From: Octopus bimaculoides
Taxonomy: Eukaryota
Direction: 5' to 3'
Assembly (NCBI RefSeq): GCF_001194135.2
Contig: NC_068996.1
Coordinates: 38,386,681-38,423,962 of the forward strand
Length of the DNA stretch: 37,282 bases
In this document: positions 1 to 12,309 of the stretch, one piece after another
Position numbering within the stretch: position 1 is the stretch's first letter
Layout: each line of letters starts with the position of its first letter
Made by a program: the position numbers and the translations under genes
The notes under the pieces: model-generated
Databases searched by the model: none
What the model saw: only the letters and a program-made list of their open reading frames with translations
Told to the model about the DNA's origin: nothing

Positions 1-47
<47 letters not shown>

Positions 48-321
48 CACGTGCACACACACACACAGAAGCAAGGATATATTTCAAATACGTGCATAAG
101 TGCGAGACCTTTCACTTTCTATGCAGAAAGCCACATAAAATATAAAAATATAGCACTGGATTAGCTATCGGCAATATAAAGTAGAAGAAAAACGAAAGCA
201 ATAAATATACTTTCTGAAAGACCAAGATTGTAATGAAATATGACTAAGACATAAATCGTAAACAACAACAGCTACTACTACTACTGCTGCTGCTACTGCT
301 GCTGCTACTGTTACGATAAAA

Positions 322-1070
322 TTATTATTATTTGATGAAAACTCTCAGTTTATTTTGTCGGGTATGATGGAAAGTCTCACCTGTTCACAGCCAGTAGACT
401 GAGGTAACACTTGTTTACTGATTATTCCTCAAGTTTCTTGCGCGTATCTCTTGCAGTTCCAAGCAATGATGGTTTCGTAGGTGTTCCATATTTACATTTG
501 TGTCAGTCTTTTTGAGCCATGTTGGTAGTTGAGAGCTGATACTTCCAATCTCACCAATTACTATTGACGTCACGTTCACTCTCTTCATAGAACATAACCT
601 TAATATTTCCGAGTTCAAACCATCATGGATGTTCAGTATTTCTTCTTTCTCTTTGATCCTGTTGTCACTGGGACATACTATATCGATTACCATGCAAGTT
701 GTTTTTTTTTTCTTTTCTGCTCACCACAACAGTGCCATGTTAGCGATGTCTGATCTGATGGTCACACTGAATTATTGTATCCCACAGGATTTTGTAGTTT
801 TCTTTCTCAGTAACTCCTTTTCGGATTTCATCATACCCACGTCTTTGCTCTTTGCAGGTCGTGATTCCCACAGAGCTTCCAATGGATCATTCTTGCCACA
901 TTGTCATGTCATTTTTGTAATCGCGTTTGCCAATTTCTAGCATTTGCTAACGATGTGCCACACCGTTTCACCCCTCTCACCACGCATACTCTTTTTGTTG
1001 CTCTAGTTTGTGTTGTCAGTTCGTCTTTAAATGCTGTCCTTCTGTCACACATATAAGTGCTTCTGAGAAC
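322..1070 (-). mobile_element. 5'-truncated, frameshifted R4/Dong-like non-LTR retrotransposon (zinc knuckle, REL endonuclease, 3'UTR, (TAA)n tail)
   Basis: Minus-strand frames give ALIC..QHLKTN, GERGETVWHIVSKC, HDNVARMIHWKLCG and MVIDIVCPSDNRIKEKE...VIGEIGSIS.QLPTWLKK...MEHL. Ends in (TAA)n at about 322-331. Confidence 0.85.
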
Positions 1071-2226
1071 TGTATTAAATCTAAAAATCATGTTTCTACA
1101 TCGGAGGTTGAACTACATTTAACATTACTATAGTAGTTTACAATGTCTGCCTCAGCACGAGTTTTGTTGTTGATGTTATTGCTAACTTCAAAATTATTTG
1201 TTAGATTCTCCAACATATTTTTTTCTGTTAAATGTTCTTTTAACTATTCGCGATTTGTGGAAGATTAGGACAGAGACGATTATGTTACTAACTGTATATT
1301 TTAGAGCTTTCTAATCTTTTTCTAGTGCGGTTATATTTATCTATTTCATATGACAAGTGCATACATTGCTGCCGGTGGGAAGAATCGGGTCTTTGGTACT
1401 CTGCTACTTTGTCAGTACCTGTCTATATGAACAAAGAAGAAAGATTCTTCTGACACGTCACTGTCAATCCTTTATCTTTCAGTGGATTTGTTTCAAGTAC
1501 GGAAACTCCATATTAGTAAAAATGTTTACTTTCAAACTTTTTTCAGTTCTTATATTCGACAAAACAATTTTTGGTATGGTTGTTTACACGCATGCGTATG
1601 TGTGCTTATAGAAGTGACAGAGGGAGAGAGAGAGAGGGAGAGAGAGAGGGACAGAGAGAGGGAGAGAGAGGGAGAGANNNNNNNNNNNNNNNNNNNNNNN
1701 NNNNNNNNNNNNNNNNNNNNNNNNNNNNNNNNNNNNNNNNNNNNNNNNNNNNNNNNNNNNNNNNNNNNNNNNNNNNNNNNNNNNNNNNNNNNNNNNNNNN
1801 NNNNNNNNNNNNNNNNNNNNNNNNNNNNNNNNNNNNNNNNNNNNNNNNNNNNNNNNNNNNNNNNNNNNNNNNNNNNNNNNNNNNNNNNNNNNNNNNNNNN
1901 NNNNNNNNNNNNNNNNNNNNNNNNNNNNNNNNNNNNNNNNNNNNNNNNNNNNNNNNNNNNNNNNNNNNNNNNNNNNNNNNNNNNNNNNNNNNNNNNNNNN
2001 NNNNNNNNNNNNNNNNNNNNNNNNNNNNNNNNNNNNNNNNNNNNNNNNNNNNNNNNNNNNNNNNNNNNNNNNNNNNNNNNNNNNNNNNNNNNNNNNNNNN
2101 NNNNNNNNNNNNNNNNNNNCTTTATGTTTGTTTTCGCTGCTGTTACATTCAATTGAACTTTTGTGAGGAAAAAAGAGAGAATATTATCTATCTGCTAATA
2201 ATAACCATTCCAGACTGAAGTTAAAC

Positions 2227-2227
2227 A

Positions 2228-2284
<57 letters not shown>

Positions 2285-2425
2285 TCAAAATAAATTTCTA
2301 AAATGTCTGAAATGATCAAGATTCTTCACTCCATGCCAGGAAGGAGATCCATGATAATGATGATGATAATGAAATTAATAATAATAATAAAATTAATAAA
2401 GATAATAATAATAATAATAATAATG

Positions 2426-2495
<70 letters not shown>

Positions 2496-2505
2496 TAACA
2501 ATAAT
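2227..2505. repeat. (AAT)n / (GAT)n microsatellites
   Basis: Long pure TAA runs at about 2227-2284 and 2350-2505. Confidence 0.97.
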
Positions 2506-2942
2506 AGTTTCAAACTGTAATTGAACAAAAGAATAAAATTTATAAGAAACTATGTTTACAGATCAACATTAATATTTTACAAAACCTCAAAAGCAGATTT
2601 TCACACTTTCGTATATATATATATTATTAGGTAGAAAAAACAAAAACAAGGTAAAAAGAAAACAAAATTTTAAATAGAAAGTCAAAACAACAGCAACACA
2701 CACACACACAAAGAAAGAGCTAATATTCAAAAACAGAGTTTGAAAATAACAACAGCAGCATGAATTGCTGTAGCGAAAATTTGTATCTCTGTTGTCACTT
2801 CAAACTGAAATATCGCAATTAAAAGTTCATCATCACTGAGAGACTTTTATTAAAGACGAATAAAAAATAGGGGAGGATATACAGCGTTGCTAGGCAAGAA
2901 TGGTAGATAACTTGAAACAGACGTCTGGTGTATGTGTAAATG

Positions 2943-2944
2943 TA

Positions 2945-2979
<35 letters not shown>

Positions 2980-3216
2980 NNNNNNNNNNNNNNNNNNNNN
3001 NNNNNNNNNNNNNNNNNNNNNNNNNNNNNNNNNNNNNNNNNNNNNNNNNNNNNNNNNNNNNNNNNNNNNNNNNNNNNNNNNNNNNNNNNNNNNNNNNNNN
3101 NNNNNNNNNNNNNNNNNNNNNNNNNNNNNNNNNNTATATATATATGTCTATCTATAAATAGGTATATATATGTATATATATCTGTATATATATATGTATG
3201 TACATATATATATATA

Positions 3217-3271
<55 letters not shown>

Positions 3272-3293
3272 AATATATATATATATGTATATA

Positions 3294-3329
<36 letters not shown>

Positions 3330-3560
3330 ATATATAAAAACATATACATGTATGTATATATTTATATACACCACGTATAAATAAATGTAATTATATACAA
3401 GCAGAAGACTGCTGTGAGAGCAAATGCACGTGTGTGTGTATACATATATACACATTGTAACTATATATAAAAGGTATAAATATATATTTATAAAATTAAT
3501 ATTTATACTTACAATATACGCATACACATGCACGCGCATTTATGCATGTATGTATGTTTG
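2943..3560. repeat. (TATC)n and degenerate (AT)n/(GT)n microsatellite block around an N gap
   Basis: Seen directly. Confidence 0.95.
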
Positions 3561-3659
3561 TGTGTGTGTATGCAACAACAGATTTTGCAATATTGATTGA
3601 TGGCAATAGCAGTAACAATATCAATAACTAGAATACACAGTTATTCAATACATGAATAA

Positions 3660-3849
3660 TAATATGTAACAAATACAATAATAATAATAATAACAACAAC
3701 AACAATAATTATAACACTAACAACAACAACAACAACAACAACAATAATAACAACAACAAGATGATGAAGAAGAAGAAGAAACAACAACGACAATAATAAT
3801 TATAACAAAAATAACTCTTTCTGAAGTATTAGAAGGAGTAGTAGCAAAA

Positions 3850-3887
<38 letters not shown>

Positions 3888-3903
3888 AGCAGTAGCAAAA
3901 ATT

Positions 3904-3981
<78 letters not shown>

Positions 3982-4150
3982 GTTGATGATAATAATGATG
4001 ATGTTGATGATGATATTTGGGATGGTGGGTGTGATATTGGTTGCTGCCGCGATTGTCGTGGTAGCCATGCTTTCGAAGATGGTGGTGGTCGTGGTGGTGG
4101 TTGTAGTTGTGGCGGCGGCGACGGCGGTGGCGGCGGCGGCAGCGGCGGCG
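3660..4150. repeat. Compound trinucleotide array (AAT, AAC, GAA, TAG, CAG, GAT, GGT, GCG)
   Basis: Consecutive runs of different triplets. Source of the poly-Ala, poly-Val and poly-Leu pseudo-ORFs. Confidence 0.95.
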
Positions 4151-4368
4151 TTGGTTACGGTGGACCGAGGATATTATAGAAATTGATGTAAATATGTAAA
4201 TAATAGAAATTGCCAGAATAAATACATAGACAACAACACGAAATCATTGTTAATGCGTGCCTGAAGGTGTAATAGATATCTCAAGGCCAAACATTAACTC
4301 ACACAAATGCATATTGGCCCCGCGAGGAAGGGGTGCACAAGAATTTTTTTTACAAAAATATAAAGATA

Positions 4369-5228
4369 NNNNNNNNNNNNNNNNNNNNNNNNNNNNNNNN
4401 NNNNNNNNNNNNNNNNNNNNNNNNNNNNNNNNNNNNNNNNNNNNNNNNNNNNNNNNNNNNNNNNNNNNNNNNNNNNNNNNNNNNNNNNNNNNNNNNNNNN
4501 NNNNNNNNNNNNNNNNNNNNNNNNNNNNNNNNNNNNNNNNNNNNNNNNNNNNNNNNNNNNNNNNNNNNNNNNNNNNNNNNNNNNNNNNNNNNNNNNNNNN
4601 NNNNNNNNNNNNNNNNNNNNNNNNNNNNNNNNNNNNNNNNNNNNNNNNNNNNNNNNNNNNNNNNNNNNNNNNNNNNNNNNNNNNNNNNNNNNNNNNNNNN
4701 NNNNNNNNNNNNNNNNNNNNNNNNNNNNNNNNNNNNNNNNNNNNNNNNNNNNNNNNNNNNNNNNNNNNNNNNNNNNNNNNNNNNNNNNNNNNNNNNNNNN
4801 NNNNNNNNNNNNNNNNNNNNNNNNNNNNNNNNNNNNNNNNNNNNNNNNNNNNNNNNNNNNNNNNNNNNNNNNNNNNNNNNNNNNNNNNNNNNNNNNNNNN
4901 NNNNNNNNNNNNNNNNNNNNNNNNNNNNNNNNNNNNNNNNNNNNNNNNNNNNNNNNNNNNNNNNNNNNNNNNNNNNNNNNNNNNNNNNNNNNNNNNNNNN
5001 NNNNNNNNNNNNNNNNNNNNNNNNNNNNNNNNNNNNNNNNNNNNNNNNNNNNNNNNNNNNNNNNNNNNNNNNNNNNNNNNNNNNNNNNNNNNNNNNNNNN
5101 NNNNNNNNNNNNNNNNNNNNNNNNNNNNNNNNNNNNNNNNNNNNNNNNNNNNNNNNNNNNNNNNNNNNNNNNNNNNNNNNNNNNNNNNNNNNNNNNNNNN
5201 NNNNNNNNNNNNNNNNNNNNNNNNNNNN
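4369..5228. other. Assembly gap (largest; others at 1678-2119, 2980-3134, 8622-8631, 9373-9393, 10773-10937, 27182-27191, 32511-32520)
   Basis: N runs, nearly all adjacent to simple repeats. Confidence 1.
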
Positions 5229-5323
<95 letters not shown>

Positions 5324-6730
5324 CATACATATATGCATTCATACATGGATGCATACAGACATACATACATGCATACGTGCAAACATACATACATGCACAT
5401 GTATACGTGTATGTATATATATGTCTTCTGGCGTTTATTTTCTTTTCAGCCTTCTCACCTCGTTTCCTCTCATTCTCCAACTATTTCTCGGTCTCTCTCT
5501 TCATCTCTTTCTATTATCACACCCAATATTTTGCCAACGTCGTAATATATATATAACTTATTTAAAGCTTTTATCATAATTTTTCCCCTTCATTCATGAA
5601 ATTTTTGAAAATTTTCATTGCCATATTTTTATAAGATTTTTGATATTGACATTTAAAAAAATTCAGCAATATACTATAATTAAATAATTAAATATAGCTC
5701 TTAATGGGATACCATAGAAAAAAAGAAGAGAAAAAAAGAAAAAATTGGCTGTCAAAACAATCAATGCGTTGCCTGAAGAAAGTCTTTTATAAGTGATATA
5801 TGACTCAAAATTCCCTCAGCCATATTTCTTCATTTTTAAATTTATTTGTCGCTTTATATATATATCCACCGATATCGCATTTTCAAATATTATAGACGTA
5901 CTTACGTACCCATCATCAATACCTTTAATATGCACTTCATATTTTTAAATATATATGTAAAAACTAAAATATTGAAAAGAAACCATGTAAATGGTCAAAA
6001 GTAGGAAAAAAAAAAATTTAAATAACGGATGTTATTTCCAACTGGTCTTTTGCTAACGGCTAAATGTTTCTCATTCTACTTTATTCTGTTATGTTTTATT
6101 TATGTTATATTATAATTCCAATACGCTATATTATATTATATTATATTATATTTATTATATTATATTATGTCGCATTATATTGTGTGAGTGTTGTATCGTT
6201 GAGGCAAAATATTGCTAATCTAAATTTGCAATATTGCTTAGAGTGCCTATGAACTTATGTCACTTCACTTGCTACTCAAACGAACGGTTTTCGGCTGACT
6301 GAAGTTTACCGCCTGAAGAAGGAACAGGTAGAGGAAGCTGAGTGGCTTCCACCACCAGAACTATTATCATTGTCACTTCCTCCGTCCCCGAAACGCAAGG
6401 AAAAAATTGCAACTTTGGAAATTAGGGAAAGAGCCAGTAAGGGTACAGATATTTCCATCATATTTTGTTGTCTTCTAGGTTCAGCATCAGTAATGACGGA
6501 GTTAGTCTACCAACCGAAAAGCTAACTGCAGCCCACATATGTGTTTTGGAAGCGGAAGACTTATAGGATTTTGCAAAAATCGGCCCCCATGTAGCTGTAT
6601 TCTTTAAACAAAGCAACCCAGCCTTAAATTCCAGAATACATTAAATGAGACACGAATGTTTCGGGAGAGAATTTACTGATATTTATAAAAAGACGTATAA
6701 AAACCCATTTCGAAAATGGTGAATACCATC

Positions 6731-6768
<38 letters not shown>

Positions 6769-7099
6769 TTTAGAAGATCATTACACCAGTAGTAAAAACA
6801 TGCAATTGTCCTATTTTGCTGCTTTTTTATTCGCCGACTGGTTAACTATTCAACCAATTATCTAATCGATCACTTAGTTAATAATTTGATTAGTCAATCA
6901 ATCATACATATCCGTCGAAGTCTTTTCGTCTCCATTTGTGACCTCTTCAATGACATGCTCTCTCACCTTCTGCGTGTATCTTTTTATGAACATACGTTTT
7001 ACTACATTTTATTAAATGACATCTTAATCCGTGAGACCTTAGAATTTTTTTCACGGATTCCACTTTAGGAGATGCTGAGAAACACTATTGATACGTCCA

Positions 7100-7500
7100 A
7101 ATGAACACCTTACGGCATGCGTAAACATTCCGTTATGAATCGTAATACATGGATGAAAGTAAGACAGTCCGCATTCAAACGTCTGCAATCCCCCATCGGA
7201 TGAAAATCTGAATCCCCTTTGCGTGCCAAATGAAGAGGAGATGCCCAAGGGCTAATGTAGGGGCGAATAAGGCCGAGCTGAAGCATATGCACAAACTCAG
7301 ATCGAGCCTTTTTGAACAGATCAGGGGCGAGTCGCCGTGGACGCGAAAAAACGGGTGGTCCAGAAGTAGTGATATAATGGCGAGTCGAGTGTGTGACTTT
7401 GACTGATCTGAAAGTTGGATCCACCAGCACTGAGAAAAAAGCCAAAAAGAGAGTGGAACTGATCTCCAGCAGTTGCGGCAAAATGAGATCTCGCCTGCAA
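7100..7500 (-). mobile_element. Gypsy/Ty3 LTR retrotransposon pol fragment (RT N-terminus), degenerate
   Basis: ORF 7110-7481 contains HYITTSGPPVFSRPRRLAPD...EFVHMLQLGLIRPYISPWASPLHLARKGDSDFHPMGDCRRLNA, the typical Gypsy PWASP / GDYRRLN block. No LTRs seen. Confidence 0.9.
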
Positions 7501-8074
7501 AGATTATTTAAGGAAAAGACAACAACATTTTCCCTCTCATTCTTGTCACGCTGACACCGAGCAAGACTTCGAAGTCAGGAACTCGCAGTGGACTTTTGTC
7601 CCGCTGTGATACCAGAGGTTATTGAGCCTCACGTGTATGGGAGAGAGGGCTAACTACGTACTGCTGTGCAGATGATCACTGAAAGCAAACCCCTTGTACG
7701 AAGCACCTGTGAATAAATGATTCTTGAATTTACTCCTACTGAGAATTTCATTCTTCGCATTTCTAGTTCCTTGAATCAGCATGAAAATTATAATGGAAGA
7801 AGAAGATTCCCTAAAAGTATCATAAAACCTTTCTGCCATTATAAAACGGCTTCTACTGTCGTTATCTCTCCATGTTCGTAGAAGGTCAACGAAATAGCCG
7901 TTATACGGTTTTTCGGCTTACCAAACTTTCAAACTTACATCGATTCCGTCTCGGCCCTCTTATCTTTGACTCAGTAGAAAATAAAGGTTGTAACAGCTGG
8001 AGATAAAATGTCCAGTATGAGCACTAGGATGATACTGATCCTTGTCCGAAGACAAAACGTTTACCAGTAGCAAG

Positions 8075-8430
8075 AATGTATGTATGTATGTATGTATGTA
8101 TGTATGTATGTATGTATGTATGTATATGTGCAGATTTGTATGTTTACTTCATGTCTCTATTCTCATACATATAGTTACATATCTAGACATGCTCATATGT
8201 ATTTAAAAGATAAACTTCTGGAAAGTTTTACAGATTTTTACAGTTCCAGTGGTGGATTGAATTTGTAGTCTTCGAATTAAATTTCTACTTTCTGGTTTTA
8301 AGAAGCTTAATTTCACAAGATCGGTATTTAGGCAGTGTGTTACTTATCGCAGTTCCCCAGTAATTACAGGTATAAACATCAACTTATAATCTGGATAGAA
8401 TAACTGCAGATTTCTCAGTAGCTCAGCGGG
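8075..8430 (-). mobile_element. 3' end of a REL-endonuclease non-LTR retrotransposon (R4/NeSL-like group)
   Basis: Minus frame reads AELLRNLQLFYPDYKLMFIPVITGELR*VTHCLNTDLVKLSFLKPESRNLIRRLQIQSTTGTVKICKTFQKFIF* (stop 8203-8205), followed by a short UTR and (CATA)n. Confidence 0.7.
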
Positions 8431-8551
8431 CTATGAGGTGCTGTGCAATCCTTTTTGGATCCCAAATTTTAGGTTGTGCAATATATATAAAAATATGTAT
8501 GTATGTATGTATGTAAGTATGTATCTATCTATCTATCTCCCTCTCTCCCTT

Positions 8552-8621
<70 letters not shown>

Positions 8622-9129
8622 NNNNNNNNNNTATATATATATATATGATGTAATATATTTTAATATAAGATATATACATATGTATATGTATGTATATAGC
8701 ATGTGTTTACGCGGGTTTTATGAACGTATATACACCATGGTAGTAGAAATGTATGACAACAGTGGGGAAACAAAGAAAAATGAGAATGAAATGTCACGAA
8801 ATTTAACCGGTAGTGCTTTGCTATATTGCATATCCAACATTCTTAACAAAGTCCTCTATTCCATACCAAAATTCCAACCAAAATTACTTTATCCGATTCA
8901 TTAACTTTAACCGATGAGCCGCTGTGTCTCCACCGGAAGTTTATCTTTCAGCATGTTTGCGCCATTCCAATAACTTCTTTGTTCTTAGCACAAAATACGC
9001 CATCATCTATCCTTCTCTACAAACTTCAGAAGACAGCTGCATTCCTAATGCTTTCTTCCTTATCCCTTGATCCTAAATACGTTAATTTCCTACCGTATAT
9101 GTCCATTGAGTAGGTTGAGATAGCAAAAT

Positions 9130-9132
9130 GGA

Positions 9133-9169
<37 letters not shown>

Positions 9170-9170
9170 C

Positions 9171-9201
<31 letters not shown>

Positions 9202-9326
9202 CCTATCTATCTACTATTTACTTTTCCATTTATCTAACCATCCATGTATATGCGTGTGTATGTATACACACACACACACACACGTATATATACATAAATG
9301 TATATGTATATAACATGTATATACAT

Positions 9327-9372
<46 letters not shown>

Positions 9373-9420
9373 NNNNNNNNNNNNNNNNNNNNNATATATA
9401 TATATATATATAATTACTGT
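9130..9420. repeat. (TATC)n, (AC)n and (AT)n microsatellites
   Basis: Seen directly. Confidence 0.95.
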
Positions 9421-10504
9421 CACAAACAAATATATATATATAGTCATGCATTAGCACAGATATATACATATATATTTACATCCATGCATATACATACATA
9501 CGTATATATGTGTGTGCGTGCTCCCGTGCGCGTATGTGCGCATGTGTGTATAGTTCAAATTTGTACAAAAAACAACGCAAAAGACAAGTCAGGTGAAAAA
9601 ACAACGAACAAAATATATTATATTCAAATTACGATGAACGTAAACAAACAAACGAAGTTTGCTCTTAGAAGCTTTGAGATGTCTTAGAAAGTTAAAGAAG
9701 TGATTTTAAATGCTCAAACTGCACAATAGGGGTAGCTTATCCTGTTCAGGCTATATTATTAGCATCATCCTGCGTTTGAGAATTTAAAATCACTTCTTTA
9801 AAGTATATTAAGTTGACGTTTAGGGAAATTGAGATATCTCAAGAAAAAAGCCATGTTATTTAAGAAATTCGCTACGCTATTACGTGGTACACGGCTCGCT
9901 CACAATACCAGGCACTTTGGGAAAAGACCTTCTTGGTTTGCCTCGATTTACTAATGCTTGAGATTTGAATTTTGGTGACCCGTTGTTTATCGTACGGACC
10001 ACACTTGCCAGTGATTTCTCATACGGTTGTTTGCTGTTGTTGGAAATGTGCTGGGTTTAAAGAAGGTAGCGTCCAATGTTGGTTTAGCACAGCGCGGCCA
10101 AACCACCCACACTGATATACATGCAAACGCATACACAGAAATACACACACACACACACACACATACACACACGGAAGTACACAGACATACTCGTACAGAT
10201 ACACACAGTCGTAAAAACGCAGTCACTCACACACACACTCTCTCTCTCACACACATTCTCTCTCTCACACACACTCTCTCACTCTCACACACACTCTCTC
10301 TCACACACACACACATGTATACAAACAACAATTGACATACACAAACGCACACACGCAGTTATACAGACACCCACTCATGCACACACGCAAACACAGATAT
10401 ACACACGCATATATATAGGTTTTAAATTTTGGCACAAGGCCGGCATGTTTGAGCGAGGATGTAATTCGATGCTACTAGTAAGGTTACCAGTTCCCCACCT
10501 TCAC

Positions 10505-11112
10505 AATAATCCTTTCTACTAAAGGCACAAAACAGGAAATTTGTTGGGAGAAGGTAAGTCAGTCACATCGACCCCATTATTTCACTGGTAATTAATTTAT
10601 CGACCCCGAAAGGATGAAAGGCGAAGTCGACCTCGGCGGAATTTGAACTCAGAATGTAACGACGGGCGAAATATCGCTAAACATTTTGGCCGGCGTGCTA
10701 ACGATTCTTTTATCCTCTAGGGGCAAGGTTCAAAATTTTTGTGGGAGGGGCCAGTCGATCAGATCGATCCAGNNNNNNNNNNNNNNNNNNNNNNNNNNNN
10801 NNNNNNNNNNNNNNNNNNNNNNNNNNNNNNNNNNNNNNNNNNNNNNNNNNNNNNNNNNNNNNNNNNNNNNNNNNNNNNNNNNNNNNNNNNNNNNNNNNNN
10901 NNNNNNNNNNNNNNNNNNNNNNNNNNNNNNNNNNNNNAAAGGCACAAGAAACTGTTGGGGAGGGGGCTAGTCGATAACATCGACCCCAGTGCATAACTGG
11001 TATTTATTTCATCGACCCCAAAAGGAGGAAAAGCAAATTCGAGCTCGGCGGAATTTGAACTCAGAATGTAAGGGTGGACGAAATGCCACCAAGCATTTCG
11101 TCCGGTGTGCTG
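10505..11112 (-). mobile_element. tRNA-derived SINE family A, 2-3 tandem copies interrupted by an N gap
   Basis: Reverse complement shows the B box GAGTTCAAATTCC and the body GTCGAC.TTGCCTTTCATCCTTTCGGGGTCGATAAATT (recalled as Meta-domain-like), with an (ATT)n tail. Confidence 0.85.
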
Positions 11113-11231
11113 CCTCTTTGGCTCGGCCAGAATCATCAGGTAAATATTAAATAGTTGAAAAGAACGGACAGCATAGTTACGTAGGCTGCAGGCAGCCAAA
11201 CCGCTAGACATGCAAGAGTCCAGGAGTCACG

Positions 11232-11448
11232 CAACTACCAACATGGCTCAAATAGATTGCTACAAACGTAAAGGTTGAACACCTACAAAAATCAGAATTG
11301 CTTGGAACTGCAAGAATACTTCGCAGGGTTCTTGATGCAGGACCAGTAAACAAGTGTCACCTTAATCTGCGGGCTATGGACAGCTGGCAATTCCCATCAT
11401 ACCCAGCAAAATAAGCAGTGAATTTTCATATAATAATAATGATAATAA
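11232..11448 (+). mobile_element. Second R4/Dong-like 3' end, same family as 322-1070
   Basis: QLPTWLK*IATNVKVEHLQKSELLGTARILRRVL, then a UTR (cagtaaacaagtgtcacct...ccatcataccc...aaaataa) shared with the 322-1070 copy, and a (TAA)n tail. Confidence 0.85.
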
Positions 11449-11663
11449 TCCTTTCTACTGGAGGCACAAGGCCTGAAATTTGTGGGGAGGGGCATGGTCG
11501 ATTACATCGACGCCAGTGTTTCACTGGTACTTAAATTTATCGACCCCGAAAGGATGAAAGGCAAAGTCGACATCAGTGGAATTTGAACTCAGAACGTAGC
11601 GACGAGCAAAATACCACAAGCATTTTCTACCAGCGTGCTAACGATTCTGCTAGCTCACCGTCT
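11445..11663 (-). mobile_element. SINE family A copy
   Basis: Full head-to-tail match to the other family A copies. Confidence 0.85.
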
Positions 11664-11680
11664 AATAATAAACAATAATC

Positions 11681-12072
11681 GTGGAGGCGCAATAGCCCAA
11701 CGGTTAGGGCAGCGCACTCGCGGTCATAGGATCGTGGTTTCGATTCCTAGACCGGGCGTTGTGAGTGTTTATTGAGCGAAAACACCTAAAGCTCCACGAC
11801 GCTGAGGCAGGATATGAAAGTGAACCCTGCTGTATTCTTTCACCACAACTTTCTCTCACTCTTTCTTCCTGTTTCTGTTGTACCTGTATTTCAAATGGCC
11901 AGCCTTGTTACTCCCTGTATCACGCTGAATCTCCCTGATAATTACATTAAGGGTACACGTGTCTGTGGAGTGCTCAGCCACTTGCACGTTAATTTCACGA
12001 GCAGGCTGTTCCGTTGATTGGATCAACTGGAACCCTCGTCGTCGTAACTGATGGAGTGCCATGAATACACAA
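11681..12072 (+). mobile_element. tRNA(Arg)-like SINE family C
   Basis: Head GTGGAGGCGCAATAGCCCAACGGTTAGGGCAGCG...GTTTCGATTCC with A and B boxes. Colinear with 16356-16738. Flanked by aacaataat repeats (possible TSD). Confidence 0.85.
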
Positions 12073-12077
12073 CAACA

Positions 12078-12287
12078 ATAATGGTCTCAATTTTTATCAC
12101 GTGGGCAGCAATTTTGGTGGAGGGGATGAATTGATTAGTGTTCAACTGGTACTTTAATTTATCGACCTCTAAAGGATGAAAAGCAAAGTCGACCTCGGTG
12201 GAATTCGAACTAAGAACGTAGCGACGGGAAAAATACCGCTAAGCATTTCGCCCAGTGTGCTAACGATTCTGCCATCTCGCCGCCTTA
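12078..12287 (-). mobile_element. SINE family A copy
   Basis: Same head, B box and body as the other A copies. Confidence 0.85.
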
Positions 12288-12309
12288 TAATAAACAATAA
12301 TAATAATTA

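Noticed and set aside
2303-4186. Poly-Ile, poly-Leu, poly-Ala and poly-Val ORFs
   Set aside because: Direct translations of trinucleotide microsatellites, with no splice sites or homology.
1482-5579. Long ORFs of 200-440 aa in the ORF track
   Set aside because: They are open only because they cross N gaps and dinucleotide repeats.
7600-7616. TGGTATCACAGC on the minus strand, resembling a tRNA-Met primer-binding site near the Gypsy fragment
   Set aside because: No LTR precedes it, it is imperfect, and it is too close to RT to be a PBS.
7650-7860. Possible Penelope-like ORF remnant (..KFKNHLFT../LRTRG..)
   Set aside because: The match needs frameshifts and only a few residues agree; too weak to call.
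8820-9110. Minus-strand RRIDDGVF resembling a Penelope RT YIDD motif
   Set aside because: Flanking residues do not match RT motifs and the frame has several stops; left unassigned.
11681-11760. tRNA-like sequences (also at 15540, 16356 and the family A/B heads)
   Set aside because: They have A/B boxes but no complete cloverleaf, and they continue into SINE bodies; these are SINE heads, not tRNA genes.
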